A stretch of DNA of 64,000 nt from Thermoanaerobaculia bacterium (GCA_022823665.1 JAJEHN010000037.1:23531-87530); one strand, 5' to 3'; shown: positions 40,174 through 50,109, counted from the stretch's first letter. The notes: generated by a model from the sequence alone, not told the origin. Program-made: numbers and translations.

Positions 40174-41979
40174 CTAGAAGGCCTCGCTCCAGGGGCGGCT
40201 GAGGCGCAGGGCGGAGTTGATCAGGCCGACCATCGAGTACGTCTGGGGGAAGTTGCCCCAGAGTTCGCCGGTCTCCGGGTCGAGGTCCTCGGAGAGAAGT
40301 CCTACGGGGTTGCGGCGTTCGAGCATCTGCTGGAACAGTTCGCGGGCCTCCTCGCGGCGGCCGAGTGCGTTGATCGCGTCGATGTACCAGAAGCTGCAAA
40401 CGGCGAAGGAGGTGGCGGGGGAACCGAAGTCGTCCTCCCGGTAGCGGAAGAAGTGGCTGCCGGAACGCAGCGGCTCGAGGGACTCGACCGTGGCCGCGAA
40501 GCAGGGGTCGTCGGCGTCGAGGAAGCCCAGATCGTGGAGCAGGAGGAGGCTGGCGTCGATGCCGTCGCCGTTCAGCGTGGCTGCAAGGCCGCCTCCTTCG
40601 GTCTCCGCGTGCCGGAGGACGTGCGAACGGATCGCCTCGGCCTGGTTCGTCCAGTGCCGCTGACGATCGGCCAGGCCGAGCGCTCTCGCGATGCGGGCCA
40701 GGCGGTCGCAGGCGGCCCAGCACATGACGCTCGAGAAGGTGTGGACGGCGCTCCGCTGCCGGAACTCCCAGAGGCCTGCGTCGGGCTGGTCGAACAGGGC
40801 CACGGCCTGGTCGCCGAGCTGCTCCAGCCAGCCGAACACGCGGCGGTTGCCGGGCTTGACCAGCCGCCGGTCGAAGAAGCTCTGGGTGACGGAGAGAATC
40901 GCGCTGCCGTAGCTGTCGTTCTGGAGTTGGCGCCAGGCGTCGTTGCCGACCCGGACCGGCGGCATGCCGCGGTAGCCCGGCAGGCCGTCGACCGTGCGCT
41001 CGGTGAGTTCCCGCTCGAACTTGATGCCGTAGACCGGCTGCAGCACGCCGCCCTCGGCGGCAGCGGCGAGGTTCGTGATGTAGCCGAGATAGCCCTCCAT
41101 CGTCCGCGTGGCGCCCAGGCGGTTGAGCGCCTGGACGACGAAGTGGGAGTCACGCAGCCAGCAGAAACGGTAGTCCCAGTTGCGGCCGCTGTCCGGCGCT
41201 TCGGGGATCGAGGTGGTCATCGCCGCGAGCACGGCCCCGGTCTCCTCGAAGCTGCAGAGCTGGAGCGTGATGGCGGCGCGGATCACCGCCTCCTGCCACT
41301 CGAAGGGCACCGCAAGGTGGCGCACGAACTCGCGCCACCAGGTCTCCGTCCGGCTCCGGAACTCCCGCGCCACCGAGTCCACGGGCTCGGTCAGACTCTC
41401 GTCCGGCCCGAGCAGCAGGGTGAGCGGCTGCTCCAGGACGAAGGAGATCTCGTCGCTGATCAGGGAGACCGGCGCATCGGTGGTCAGGCGAAGCGTCAGG
41501 GCCGGTCCGACGTAGCGGACGTGGTTGCTGCCGCGGGTTACCTCGGGGCGACGCGCGCCGTAGTCGAACCGCGGCCGCAGTCGAATGCGGATGCGCGGCT
41601 CGCCGGAGAGGCGCTCGATCGTGCGGACGATCATCGTGGGCCGGAAGGAGCGGCCGAACTGCTCGAAGCGGGGCGCGAAGTCGGTGATCCGGATCGCGGC
41701 GCCGTTGCCGTCGCGGAGCGTCGTCACCAGGATCGCGGTGTTCTCGAGGTACTGCTGCTCGCTTTCGCGGAACCCCTCGAGCAGGATGTCGAAGAAGCCT
41801 CCGGCCTCGGGATCGCCGTCGTCCCCGCCGTTGCCGCCGAGGAGGGAATGGAAGACGGGGTCGCCGTCGAAGTGGGGCAGACAGGCCCAGCAGATCCGGC
41901 CGCGCGGGTCGATCAGCGCTCCGAACCCGCAATTGCCGATCACGCCGCCGTCGAGCGGACGCGCGTCACCGCCCGTCAT
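40174..41979 (-). CDS. Glycoside hydrolase family 15 (trehalase/glucoamylase-like)
   Basis: IGNC, CLPHFD, AAMTTSIPE, RNWDYRFCWLRDS, RVGN.A..QLQ.D.YG, LLSED, GNFPQ.YS; start ATG 41979. Confidence 0.93.
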   Translation of the reverse strand: MTGGDARPLDGGVIGNCGFGALIDPRGRICWACLPHFDGDPVFHSLLGGNGGDDGDPEAGGFFDILLEGFRESEQQYLENTAILVTTLRDGNGAAIRITDFAPRFEQFGRSFRPTMIVRTIERLSGEPRIRIRLRPRFDYGARRPEVTRGSNHVRYVGPALTLRLTTDAPVSLISDEISFVLEQPLTLLLGPDESLTEPVDSVAREFRSRTETWWREFVRHLAVPFEWQEAVIRAAITLQLCSFEETGAVLAAMTTSIPEAPDSGRNWDYRFCWLRDSHFVVQALNRLGATRTMEGYLGYITNLAAAAEGGVLQPVYGIKFERELTERTVDGLPGYRGMPPVRVGNDAWRQLQNDSYGSAILSVTQSFFDRRLVKPGNRRVFGWLEQLGDQAVALFDQPDAGLWEFRQRSAVHTFSSVMCWAACDRLARIARALGLADRQRHWTNQAEAIRSHVLRHAETEGGGLAATLNGDGIDASLLLLHDLGFLDADDPCFAATVESLEPLRSGSHFFRYREDDFGSPATSFAVCSFWYIDAINALGRREEARELFQQMLERRNPVGLLSEDLDPETGELWGNFPQTYSMVGLINSALRLSRPWSEAF

Positions 41980-42779
41980 GGACCCGCCAGCCGCTCGCGC
42001 AGCGCCTCCAGCCAACGGTGCAGCTCCCGAACGCCGCCCAGGCCGTACGTGGCGGCGCTTTCACGGCTGCCGTCCGGCTCCAGGCCGACGACGATCGCGG
42101 CGCCGCCGCAACTCTGGGCGGCTTCGAACCCTTCCTCGTCGGTGATGTCGTCGCCGATGAACACGGGCGCCCGGCCGCGGAACGGCGCTTCGGCCATGAA
42201 GTCCTCGACCACCGTGCGCTTGTTCGGGCGGTGCGGCTTGAGTTCGAGCACCATCTTGCCTTCCTGCACCCGGTAGCCCGAACCGAGGGCGGCGCGCGCC
42301 CGCTCCATCGCCTCGCGGGCAGGGGCCTCCGCGGCGGTCGCGCGGCGGTAGTGGAGCGCCAGGGTCGCCGACTTGTCCTCCAGCAGCGTGCCCGGATGCT
42401 CGTCGACGAAGCGCTCGAGGTCGCGACGCGCCGGTTCGAGGGCGGCCGAGCCGTCGCTCCGGCTGACGGCGCCGCCCGCCGACCGCCGCTCCAGGCCGTG
42501 CAGCCCCGCCGCCGGAAGGGCAAGCGGCGCGAAGAAGCGGTCGAGCACGTCGAGCGACCGGCCGCTCGCGAGCGCCAGCGCGCCGTCGAGGCTCTCGCTC
42601 AGGCGGGCCAGCAGGCTGGCGACGCCTTCGTCGACGTGGACCGCGTCGGGCGCCTCGGCGATCTCGATCAGGGTGCCGTCGACGTCCAGGAACAGGGCCC
42701 AGGAGTGTGGCGGCGGCGCGGCGGAGCCGGTTTCCAGGAGGGTCCAGGCGGTGCGTGGCGGATGCGCTCTCTGGTTCAC
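41976..42779 (-). CDS. otsB: Trehalose-6-phosphate phosphatase
   Basis: LFLDVDGTL, SGR, GLHGLE, EDK, LHYR, GK.V.E, FIGDDITDE; start GTG 42779 uncertain. Confidence 0.93.
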   Translation of the reverse strand: MNQRAHPPRTAWTLLETGSAAPPPHSWALFLDVDGTLIEIAEAPDAVHVDEGVASLLARLSESLDGALALASGRSLDVLDRFFAPLALPAAGLHGLERRSAGGAVSRSDGSAALEPARRDLERFVDEHPGTLLEDKSATLALHYRRATAAEAPAREAMERARAALGSGYRVQEGKMVLELKPHRPNKRTVVEDFMAEAPFRGRAPVFIGDDITDEEGFEAAQSCGGAAIVVGLEPDGSRESAATYGLGGVRELHRWLEALRERLAGP

Positions 42780-42817
42780 ACGGGCCCCCACCGAGATCCC
42801 TTACGATACTGAAACCG

Positions 42818-44215
42818 ATGGCCCCTCAGGATCTGCCGGCTGCCCAGCAGTCGGAACTGGTGATTGTCGCCAACACCTTGCCCGTGCGTCGCGAGGAGGT
42901 GGATGGGGAACTGGGCTGGGCGCAGAGCCCCGGCGGCCTGGTCAGCGCCCTGTCGCCGATCGTCCGCGACGCGGGCGGCTGCTGGGTCGGCTGGACCGGC
43001 GGCGCCGACGACGCGCCCGAGCCGTTCCGGCACGAAGGCATCCTGAACGTCGCGGTGCCGGTGTCGGAGGCCGAGGTCGCCGGCTCCTACCAGGGGATGT
43101 GCAACTCGACCCTGTGGCCGCTCTACCACGACGCGGTGCGGCCGCCCGAGTACCACCGGCACTGGTGGAACCCCTACGTCGCGGTCAACCGCCGCTTCGC
43201 CGAGGAGGCCGCTCGCCGCACCGCGCCCGGCGGCAGGGTGTGGATCCAGGACTACCACCTCCAGCTCGTGCCGCGGATGCTGCGCGAGCTGCGGCCGGAC
43301 ATCAGCTCGGGCTTCTTCCTGCACATCCCCTTTCCCCCGATCGAACTGTTCCTGCGCCTGCCCTGGCGGCGGCGGGTGCTCGAGGGGCTGCTCGGGGCCG
43401 ACGTGATCGGCTTCCAGACGCCTGCCGGCGCCTACAACTTCACGCGGCTCGCCGACCGGCTGATCGAGGCCGAGCCTCAGGGGGAGACGATCCGCTACCA
43501 GGGCCGCGACATCCGGGTCGGCGCCTTTCCGATCTCCATCGACACGGACCGCTACGCGAACGCGGCGCTGGCGCCCGAGATCCGGGAGCGGGCCGAACAA
43601 CTCCAGCAGCTTCGTCGCGGGCGGAAGATCATCCTCTCCGTCGACCGCCTGGACTACACGAAGGGCATCGACCTGCGGCTCAAGGCGTTCCTCGAATGGC
43701 TGGGTCGCGAGGACCGGTCGATCCGGGACGCGGTGATGGTCCAGGTCGCCGTGCCCAGTCGCGAGCGCATCTCGGAGTACCAGATCCTGCGGCGCGACGT
43801 GGAGGAACTCGTTGGTCAGATCAACGGCGAGTACGGCGAACTCGGCGTCGTGCCGGTGCAGTACTTCCGGCGCAACCTGCCGTTCGAGGAGCTGATCGCC
43901 TTCTACCTCGTCGCCGACGTGATGCTCGTGACGCCGCTCTGCGACGGCATGAACCTGGTGGCCAAGGAGTACGTCGCCACCCGGCTCGAGGACGACGGTG
44001 TGCTCGTGCTCTCCGAGTTCGCGGGCGCCGCCTCCGAGCTGCCGGACGCCCTGCTGGTCAATCCCCACGACGTGAACGCGATGGCGGCGACGATCGAGCA
44101 GGCGATCACCCTCGACCCGGAGGACGGGGCGCGACGGATGAAGGCGATGCGCGAGGTCGTGCGGCGGCACTCCGTCCACGAGTGGGCCGCCCAGTTCATC
44201 GAGGCGCTGGCCTGA
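42818..44215 (+). CDS. otsA: Trehalose-6-phosphate synthase
   Basis: GGLV.AL, WVGWTG, LWPLYH, WIQDYHL, FFLHIPFP, DRLDYTKGI, DGMNLVAKEY, LSEFAGA; start ATG 42818. Confidence 0.95.
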   Translation: MAPQDLPAAQQSELVIVANTLPVRREEVDGELGWAQSPGGLVSALSPIVRDAGGCWVGWTGGADDAPEPFRHEGILNVAVPVSEAEVAGSYQGMCNSTLWPLYHDAVRPPEYHRHWWNPYVAVNRRFAEEAARRTAPGGRVWIQDYHLQLVPRMLRELRPDISSGFFLHIPFPPIELFLRLPWRRRVLEGLLGADVIGFQTPAGAYNFTRLADRLIEAEPQGETIRYQGRDIRVGAFPISIDTDRYANAALAPEIRERAEQLQQLRRGRKIILSVDRLDYTKGIDLRLKAFLEWLGREDRSIRDAVMVQVAVPSRERISEYQILRRDVEELVGQINGEYGELGVVPVQYFRRNLPFEELIAFYLVADVMLVTPLCDGMNLVAKEYVATRLEDDGVLVLSEFAGAASELPDALLVNPHDVNAMAATIEQAITLDPEDGARRMKAMREVVRRHSVHEWAAQFIEALA

Positions 44216-44220
44216 CGCGC

Positions 44221-45408
44221 ATGGCACGGCCCGTCAGCGACGCCGAAGCGGGGTTCGAGGTAGGGGAGGGCTTCGAACGCTTCTCGCAGAAGGACGACGT
44301 CTTCTGCCGTTCGTTCTGGGACCCCGAGGTGAGGACCTCCCGCTCGGACATGTTCTACGAGACGTACCGCACGCCGGAGCTGCGCTGGCGCCCGGTCGAC
44401 GGATTCACGCGGCGCGACTACGCGCTGCGCAACGCTTCCTGGCACGTCACCGATCTGTTTGCGGAGTTCCGGGGAGACGCCGACCGTCGCGAGGGCTTCC
44501 TCGACCCCTACACGGTGCTCCGTGACGGTCCGGGTCCGCCGGACGAGAGCGATGAACCGGAGGAGGTCCTCGCCGCTCGACTCGCGGCGGATCTCAAGAC
44601 GGCCGCCCGCGCGTTGGGCGCCGACCTGATCGGCATCACCGCAAACGACGACCGTTGGGTGTACACCCACGCGTACTCGCGGGAGACCGAGACGGAGAAA
44701 CCCCAGGAGCTTCCGGGCGAACTCGGGAACGTCGTCGTCATCGCGCAGGCGATGGACCGGGGTCTGGTGGAGACCGTGCCGTCGGCCCTGAGCGGGACGG
44801 CGACGGGGGTCGGTTACAGCAGCGACACGGTGGTGCTGCTCGCGATCGCCCAGTACATCCTGAACATGGGCTACTCCGCGGTGCCGACGATGAACGACAC
44901 GGCTCTGGCGATTCCGCTCGCGATCAAGGCGGGGCTGGGCGAGTACGGCCGTCACGGTCTGCTGATCACGAGGGAGTTCGGCCCCAGGGTGCGGCTCGGA
45001 AAGATCTTCACCGACATGCCCCTGGCGCACGACCGTCCGCTGCGCTTCGGTGTGCGCGAGACCTGCGAGGTGTGCCGTGCGTGTTCGGATGCCTGCCCGC
45101 CGAAGGCCATCGCGATGGACGCGCCGACGGACCGGATCTACAACATCTCCAACATCCGCGGCGTCAGAAAGTGGACGACGGACGCCGAGAAGTGCTTCCG
45201 GTTCTGGTCGAACCAGAACACCGACTGCTCGATCTGCGTCAGGGTCTGCCCCTACAACCGGGACTACTCCAGGCGCTTCAGCCGAATCTGGCGGTGGATG
45301 GCGGGGACCCGTCTGCGCCGGCTCGCCCTCTGGCTCGACCGCCGGAGCGGCCGCGGACGGAGGGTTGAGCCCCAGACGTGGTGGGGGCGCGCCCTGTCCG
45401 GCTGGTAG
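44221..45408 (+). CDS. Reductive dehalogenase-like (RdhA family) cobalamin/2x[4Fe-4S] protein, 395 aa, no TAT signal
   Basis: A...GADLIGI, AGLGEYGRHGLLIT.EFGPRVRL..IFTD.PL..D.P, CxxCxxCxxxCP, KW..DAEKC, Cx10CxxCxxxCP. Confidence 0.82.
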   Translation: MARPVSDAEAGFEVGEGFERFSQKDDVFCRSFWDPEVRTSRSDMFYETYRTPELRWRPVDGFTRRDYALRNASWHVTDLFAEFRGDADRREGFLDPYTVLRDGPGPPDESDEPEEVLAARLAADLKTAARALGADLIGITANDDRWVYTHAYSRETETEKPQELPGELGNVVVIAQAMDRGLVETVPSALSGTATGVGYSSDTVVLLAIAQYILNMGYSAVPTMNDTALAIPLAIKAGLGEYGRHGLLITREFGPRVRLGKIFTDMPLAHDRPLRFGVRETCEVCRACSDACPPKAIAMDAPTDRIYNISNIRGVRKWTTDAEKCFRFWSNQNTDCSICVRVCPYNRDYSRRFSRIWRWMAGTRLRRLALWLDRRSGRGRRVEPQTWWGRALSGW

Positions 45409-45502
45409 GCTTGAACGTAGCGTCCGGCCGCCGAGCGCAGGAGAACAGGAGGAAAGGCCGAACGGAATAGCGACTCTGCCCGTCCCGTTCGGATCCAATG
45501 CC

Positions 45503-46600
45503 ATGTGGATCAAGAAGTACGACCCCGCCCGCTACCTTCCCTCAGACTCCGGGATCGCGCTGCCGAGCCGCGAGCCGACGCCGCGGGACGTCTATATGGA
45601 CCGGCGCAAGTTCGTCGCGGCGGCCGGCCTCGGCATCGCCGCCGCGTCGCCCCTGGCCGCCCAGTTCCGCCTTCGCCAGCAGGTACCGGCGCCTCCTCCG
45701 GCGCCGCCGATTGAGGACAAGCTGAAGCCGGCCCTCGAGAGGCCCGATGTCTACGGCGCCGAGCTCAGCGCGCGGCCCAAGCGCAACGTGAAGTTCGCCA
45801 GTCCGCCGGCAAGCATCGGCGGCGAACTGACGCCGCGCGACGCGGCGGGCAGCCACAACAACTTCTACGAGTTCTATCCCGGTCGTGGCGGCCCGGTGTG
45901 GAAGTTCGCCGGCAAGTTCACCGTCGAGCCGTGGAAGGTCGAGGTCACGGGCCTGTGCGACAACCCGATGACGCTCGATCTCGACGACATCTTCGGCTTC
46001 GAGCACGAGGAGCGGCTCTACCACTTCCGCTGCGTCGAGCGCTGGGCGATGAACGTGCCCTGGAGCGGCTTCCCCCTCAGCAAGCTGATCGAGAAGGCGC
46101 AACCGAAGTCGTCAGCCAGGCATGTCCGTTTCTTCACCGCTCTCAAGAGGGACCAGATGCCGGGCGTCAGGGAGGCCCACTGGTACCAGTGGCCTTACTT
46201 CGAAGCCCTCCGCATGGATGAGGCGATGAACGAGCTGGCTTTCGTCGCCACCGGTATCTATGGAGAGCCTCTGGTCAAGCAGCACGGTGCGCCGCTGCGG
46301 CTCGCGATCCCGTGGAAGTACGGCTACAAGAGCGCGAAGTCGATCGTGAAGATCGAGTTCGTGGCCGAGGAGCCGAAGATCTTCTGGCAGATCCAGCCGC
46401 ACGAGTACGGGTACCTCTCGAACGTGAACCCGAACATCCCGCACCCGCGCTGGAGCCAGGCGACATCTCACTGGCTGCACAACAGCCAGCCGTTCGAGAC
46501 ACCGATCTTCAACGGCTACGGCGAGTACGTCTCGAAGCTCTATCCAGACGAGCCGACGACGATGCAGCGGGCGCTACGGATGGGTCAGGTCGCCCGGTAG
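45503..46600 (+). CDS. msrP: Protein-methionine-sulfoxide reductase catalytic subunit (molybdoenzyme)
   Basis: TAT motif DRRKF, NNFYEF, ERLY.FRCVE.W, EALRMDEAM, GAPLRL..PWKYG.KS.KSIV, NVNP..PHPRWSQ. Confidence 0.93.
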   Translation: MWIKKYDPARYLPSDSGIALPSREPTPRDVYMDRRKFVAAAGLGIAAASPLAAQFRLRQQVPAPPPAPPIEDKLKPALERPDVYGAELSARPKRNVKFASPPASIGGELTPRDAAGSHNNFYEFYPGRGGPVWKFAGKFTVEPWKVEVTGLCDNPMTLDLDDIFGFEHEERLYHFRCVERWAMNVPWSGFPLSKLIEKAQPKSSARHVRFFTALKRDQMPGVREAHWYQWPYFEALRMDEAMNELAFVATGIYGEPLVKQHGAPLRLAIPWKYGYKSAKSIVKIEFVAEEPKIFWQIQPHEYGYLSNVNPNIPHPRWSQATSHWLHNSQPFETPIFNGYGEYVSKLYPDEPTTMQRALRMGQVAR

Positions 46601-46607
46601 CGTCCTC

Positions 46608-46655
46608 CACTGGGTGCGCCGGCGCCCTCGCCGGCATCCGGCGCGAGGCGCCGGC
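46608..46655 (+). repeat. REP-like palindrome
   Basis: CACTGGGTGCGCCGGCGCCCTCGCCGGCATCCGGCGC, 7 nt after the msrP stop, between convergent genes. Confidence 0.9.
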
Positions 46656-46663
46656 TCCGCGAG

Positions 46664-48265
46664 CTACCGTTCCGTCCCCGCTGCCAGCGTCGTTCCCGCA
46701 CCGTGCCGCGCGGCCTGCACCGCGGCCGCGAACAGGCCGATCGCGACGCCGAAGGTGATCAGACCTACGAGTTGCAGCCAGCCGAACATGTCCGATGGCG
46801 TGGCGATCGAGAGTAGCGCGGATCCGAAGCCGAAGTCGGCGAACTCGCCGGCGCGCACGGCCTCGAGCGCGCTCAGACCTGTGAGCAGGAGGGCGCCTCC
46901 GCCCAGAGTAAGGGCACCGTAGGTCACGCCGTGAGCGGTGAGCTGCGCCGGCGACCGCGGCGGCAGCGGCTCCTGGCGGCGAACCTCGAACTTCGGCTCG
47001 CGCTCGCTCGGCTTGACGAAGCGGCTGAGCATGTAGAGGCCGGGCAGGCCGAGCGGGATGGTGAAGAGGAAGAAGTTCGACCACCCCACCGAGTGCACCA
47101 TGAAGCCGGCGATGGGCCCGGAGACGATCCGTCCCATGCCGAAGAGGGTCGAGAACAGGGCGTACTGAGTAGCCGAGAAGCGCTTCTGCGTCATGCGCAG
47201 CAGCAGCACGGAAAAGGCGCCCGTCCCCAATCCCTGGCACAGCGATTCGAACCCCATGGCGCCGTAGAGAAGGCCCGGCTGCATCGGCAGGTTGGCGAGC
47301 AGGATGTACCCGACGTTGGAGAAGATCTGGAGGAACCCGAAGATCCACAGCGCCCTTCCGAGGCCGATCACGTTCGTCCCGAGACCACCGACGATGGAGC
47401 CGACGATTGTCGCCGTCGTGCCGACGGTCGCCAGGGCTACACCGCGGTGGAACTCGGTGTAGCCCATGTCGACCAGGAATGGTCGTAGCAGGCCCTGGGC
47501 CAGGTTGTCGCCGAACTTGAAGAGAATGACGAAGGCGAGAATCTCGACCGCTCGGTGGCGGGAGAGAAAGCCCAGAAACGGCTGCCAGACGGCGTCCCGG
47601 AGCGTCTTCGGGCCGGGCGGCAGGTTCTTCGGCTCGGGCGCCAGGATGGTCACTGCGAGCATTGGCAGGTAGAGAGCTGCCAGGCCGACGCAGACGAGCG
47701 GCCACGAGATGCTGCCAGCGACCGTGATGGCGGTCCCGCCGGCAACGAGCATGGCCATCCGGTAGAGCCCGATCCTGGCGCCGACCGCCGCTCCCTGTTC
47801 CTCCTTGCGGAGCACGTCCACGGCGTAGGCGTCGACCGCGATGTCCTGGGAGGCGGCCGCCATGGCGATGGCCAGGGTCAGAGCCAGAGCCAGCCAGGGA
47901 GTGTCCGGATGATCGCCGACGCCTGCCAGAGAGAGCGTGCCAAGCAGCAGGCACACCTGGGCGACCGCCGCCCAGCCCCGGCGGCGACCGAGGAAGGGCA
48001 GGGGGAAGCGGTCCATGAGGGGCGCCCAGACGACGTTGAACGTCCACGGCGCTTGCGCCAGCGTGAAGAGGCCGACCAACCGGATGTCGATGCCGGCGTC
48101 GCGCATCCAGTCCGGTATCGCGATCCAGACCAGCCCCAGCGGCATGCCGGACGAGAACGAGAGGAGGACGACCGACAGCGTCCGCCAGGAGCGGACTGCC
48201 TGTGCGAGGCTCTGCAGCGTTCCGAGCCGTTCCGGCGCCTGCTCCTGCTCGGCCATCGGACTCAT
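46664..48265 (-). CDS. ampG: AmpG-like muropeptide MFS transporter
   Basis: SFSSGMPL, W.PLMDR...PFLGRRRGW, ASQDI.VDAY, ILFKFGD, FSATQYALFS. Confidence 0.88.
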   Translation of the reverse strand: MSPMAEQEQAPERLGTLQSLAQAVRSWRTLSVVLLSFSSGMPLGLVWIAIPDWMRDAGIDIRLVGLFTLAQAPWTFNVVWAPLMDRFPLPFLGRRRGWAAVAQVCLLLGTLSLAGVGDHPDTPWLALALTLAIAMAAASQDIAVDAYAVDVLRKEEQGAAVGARIGLYRMAMLVAGGTAITVAGSISWPLVCVGLAALYLPMLAVTILAPEPKNLPPGPKTLRDAVWQPFLGFLSRHRAVEILAFVILFKFGDNLAQGLLRPFLVDMGYTEFHRGVALATVGTTATIVGSIVGGLGTNVIGLGRALWIFGFLQIFSNVGYILLANLPMQPGLLYGAMGFESLCQGLGTGAFSVLLLRMTQKRFSATQYALFSTLFGMGRIVSGPIAGFMVHSVGWSNFFLFTIPLGLPGLYMLSRFVKPSEREPKFEVRRQEPLPPRSPAQLTAHGVTYGALTLGGGALLLTGLSALEAVRAGEFADFGFGSALLSIATPSDMFGWLQLVGLITFGVAIGLFAAAVQAARHGAGTTLAAGTER

Positions 48266-48307
48266 CCTATGCGTAATCGTCTATGAATCCGACGATGCCG
48301 GTGACCT

Positions 48308-48333
48308 GGAACCCGGGTCGTGCAGAATCCGTA
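48308..48333 (+). promoter_or_regulatory. ECF-type promoter upstream of pspC
   Basis: GGAACC-N16-CGTA. Confidence 0.5.
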
Positions 48334-48371
48334 GTTGAACGTGAGCAGTCTCTCTTGAGGAGGAACCGACC

Positions 48372-48581
48372 GTGACCGCGACAGCCACCCAGTCCCGCCC
48401 CCTTCATCGTTCCGGGTCCGACCGCCTGATCGGCGGCGTCTGCGGAGGCATCGCCGCCTGGCTGGGCTGGAACCCGACGGGCGTCCGTCTGCTCTACATC
48501 CTGATCTCGATCCTCTCGGTCGCTTTTCCCGGGATCATCGTCTACATCCTGCTCTGGATCGTGATGCCGCTCGGCGACTGA
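48372..48581 (+). CDS. pspC: PspC domain protein
   Basis: L.RS.SDRLIGGVCGGIA..LG, YILLWIVMP; GAGGAGG SD. Confidence 0.92.
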   Translation: MTATATQSRPLHRSGSDRLIGGVCGGIAAWLGWNPTGVRLLYILISILSVAFPGIIVYILLWIVMPLGD

Positions 48582-48611
48582 GACCTCCGGCCATTGGTAG
48601 GCTGACCGCTG

Positions 48612-50069
48612 ATGGCTCCAGCCGACGCCGCCACCTTCCTCGAGGCGCTCAGCAACCGCCTCGGCGCCGACCGTGTCCTCACCGGCGCGGCCCCGATGGC
48701 GGCCTACGAGTCGGACGCGCTGACCGCGTTTCGGGCCCGGCCTCGCGCCGTCGTGCTGGTCGATTCGGCGGAAGAAGTCGTCGACGTGGTCCGTCTATGC
48801 GCGGCGGCCGAAGTTCCGTTCCTCGCCCGCGGCAGCGGCACGAGCCTGTCCGGCGGCTCGCTGCCGGTCGACGACGGCGTCGTCATCGCGATGAACCGGC
48901 TGAACCGGATCCTCGAAGTCGACCCGGTGCGGCGGACGGCGGTCGTCGAGCCCGGCGTCGTCAACCTCGCCGTTTCCGACGCGGCGGAGCCCTACGGCCT
49001 CTACTACTCGCCCGACCCGTCGAGCCAGTCCGTGTGCACGATCGGCGGCAACCTGGCCTTCAACTCGGGCGGCGCTCACTGCCTGAAGTACGGCATGACG
49101 AGCAACCACGTGCTCGGTCTGGAGGTCGTGCTCCCGGACGGGGAGGTGATCGAGATCGGTGGTGACAGCCTGGAGGGCATCGGCCCCGACCTGGTCGGGC
49201 TCTTCGTCGGCTCCGAGGGGCTGTTCGGCATCGCGACGAAGATCACGTTGCGCCTGCTGCCGAAGCCCGAGACGTACTTCACCCTGCTGGCCGCCTACGA
49301 CTCGCTGGCGGCCGCGGGTGAGGCGGTGGCCGCCGTCGTCGCTTCGGGCCTCCTGCCAGGGGCGATGGAGATCATGGACAACCTGGCCATCGAGGCCGCC
49401 GAAGCGGCGGTCGGCGCCGGCTATCCGCTCGATGCCGAGGGCCTTCTGATCGTCGAACTCGAAGGCGAGGAGCAGCAGGTCGCCGCCGAGAGCGAACTGC
49501 TGCTGGAAGTCGTCAGGCAATCGAAGCCCTACCTCGAGCACATCGCCAGCGACCCGGATGACCGGATGCGCATCTGGAAGGGCCGCAAGAGCGCTTTCTC
49601 CGCGGTCGGGCGGCTGAGCCCCGACTACATCGTCCAGGATGGGGTGGTGCCGCGCTCGCGCCTCGGCGAGGCACTGACGGAGATCCAGCGGCTCGGCGAA
49701 CAGCACGGGATCCGGGTCGCCAACGTCTTTCATGCCGGCGACGGCAACCTGCACCCGCTGATCCTCTTCGACGGCCGGGTCGAAGGCGAACTGGAGCGCG
49801 CCGAGGAGCTGGCGGGCGAGATCCTCCGACTCTGCATCGACCTCGGCGGTTCGATCACCGGCGAGCACGGGGTGGGGATGGAGAAGCGGCAGTACCTGGG
49901 CGAGATGTTCGACGACGTCGATCTGGACGCGATGCGCCGCATCCGTATGGCGATCGACCCCGGCGAGCTGGCGAACCGGGGCAAGATGTTCCCGGACGCC
50001 GAGGCGCCGGCGCTGCTCAGCCACGGTCCGCACCCCCTGGAGGTGGCGGGGGTCATCTCGCGCGAATGA
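48612..50069 (+). CDS. glcD: Glycolate oxidase / FAD-linked oxidase subunit D
   Basis: [49 protein letters not shown]. Confidence 0.9.
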   Translation: MAPADAATFLEALSNRLGADRVLTGAAPMAAYESDALTAFRARPRAVVLVDSAEEVVDVVRLCAAAEVPFLARGSGTSLSGGSLPVDDGVVIAMNRLNRILEVDPVRRTAVVEPGVVNLAVSDAAEPYGLYYSPDPSSQSVCTIGGNLAFNSGGAHCLKYGMTSNHVLGLEVVLPDGEVIEIGGDSLEGIGPDLVGLFVGSEGLFGIATKITLRLLPKPETYFTLLAAYDSLAAAGEAVAAVVASGLLPGAMEIMDNLAIEAAEAAVGAGYPLDAEGLLIVELEGEEQQVAAESELLLEVVRQSKPYLEHIASDPDDRMRIWKGRKSAFSAVGRLSPDYIVQDGVVPRSRLGEALTEIQRLGEQHGIRVANVFHAGDGNLHPLILFDGRVEGELERAEELAGEILRLCIDLGGSITGEHGVGMEKRQYLGEMFDDVDLDAMRRIRMAIDPGELANRGKMFPDAEAPALLSHGPHPLEVAGVISRE

Positions 50070-50109
50070 GGCGCGGCGGCGCGGTCAACAGCGGAAGGCC
50101 AGGAGACTT

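Noticed and set aside
39658-42276. 872-aa plus-strand ORF
   Set aside because: Antisense shadow of GPP34, GH15 and otsB; no recognisable motifs
42373-44220. 1011-aa track ORF as a giant fusion to the dehalogenase
   Set aside because: The upstream part is an Arg/Pro-rich shadow frame overlapping otsB and otsA; the real protein starts at ATG 44221
44221-45408. Epoxyqueuosine reductase (QueG) assignment
   Set aside because: Second cluster motif is KC..FW-x-CxxCxxxCP (RdhA-like) rather than the QueG GCD.CQ..CPWN pattern; not fully excluded without HMMs
45409-45502. Moco riboswitch upstream of msrP
   Set aside because: Only one 8-bp inverted repeat is visible; no recognisable multi-stem consensus
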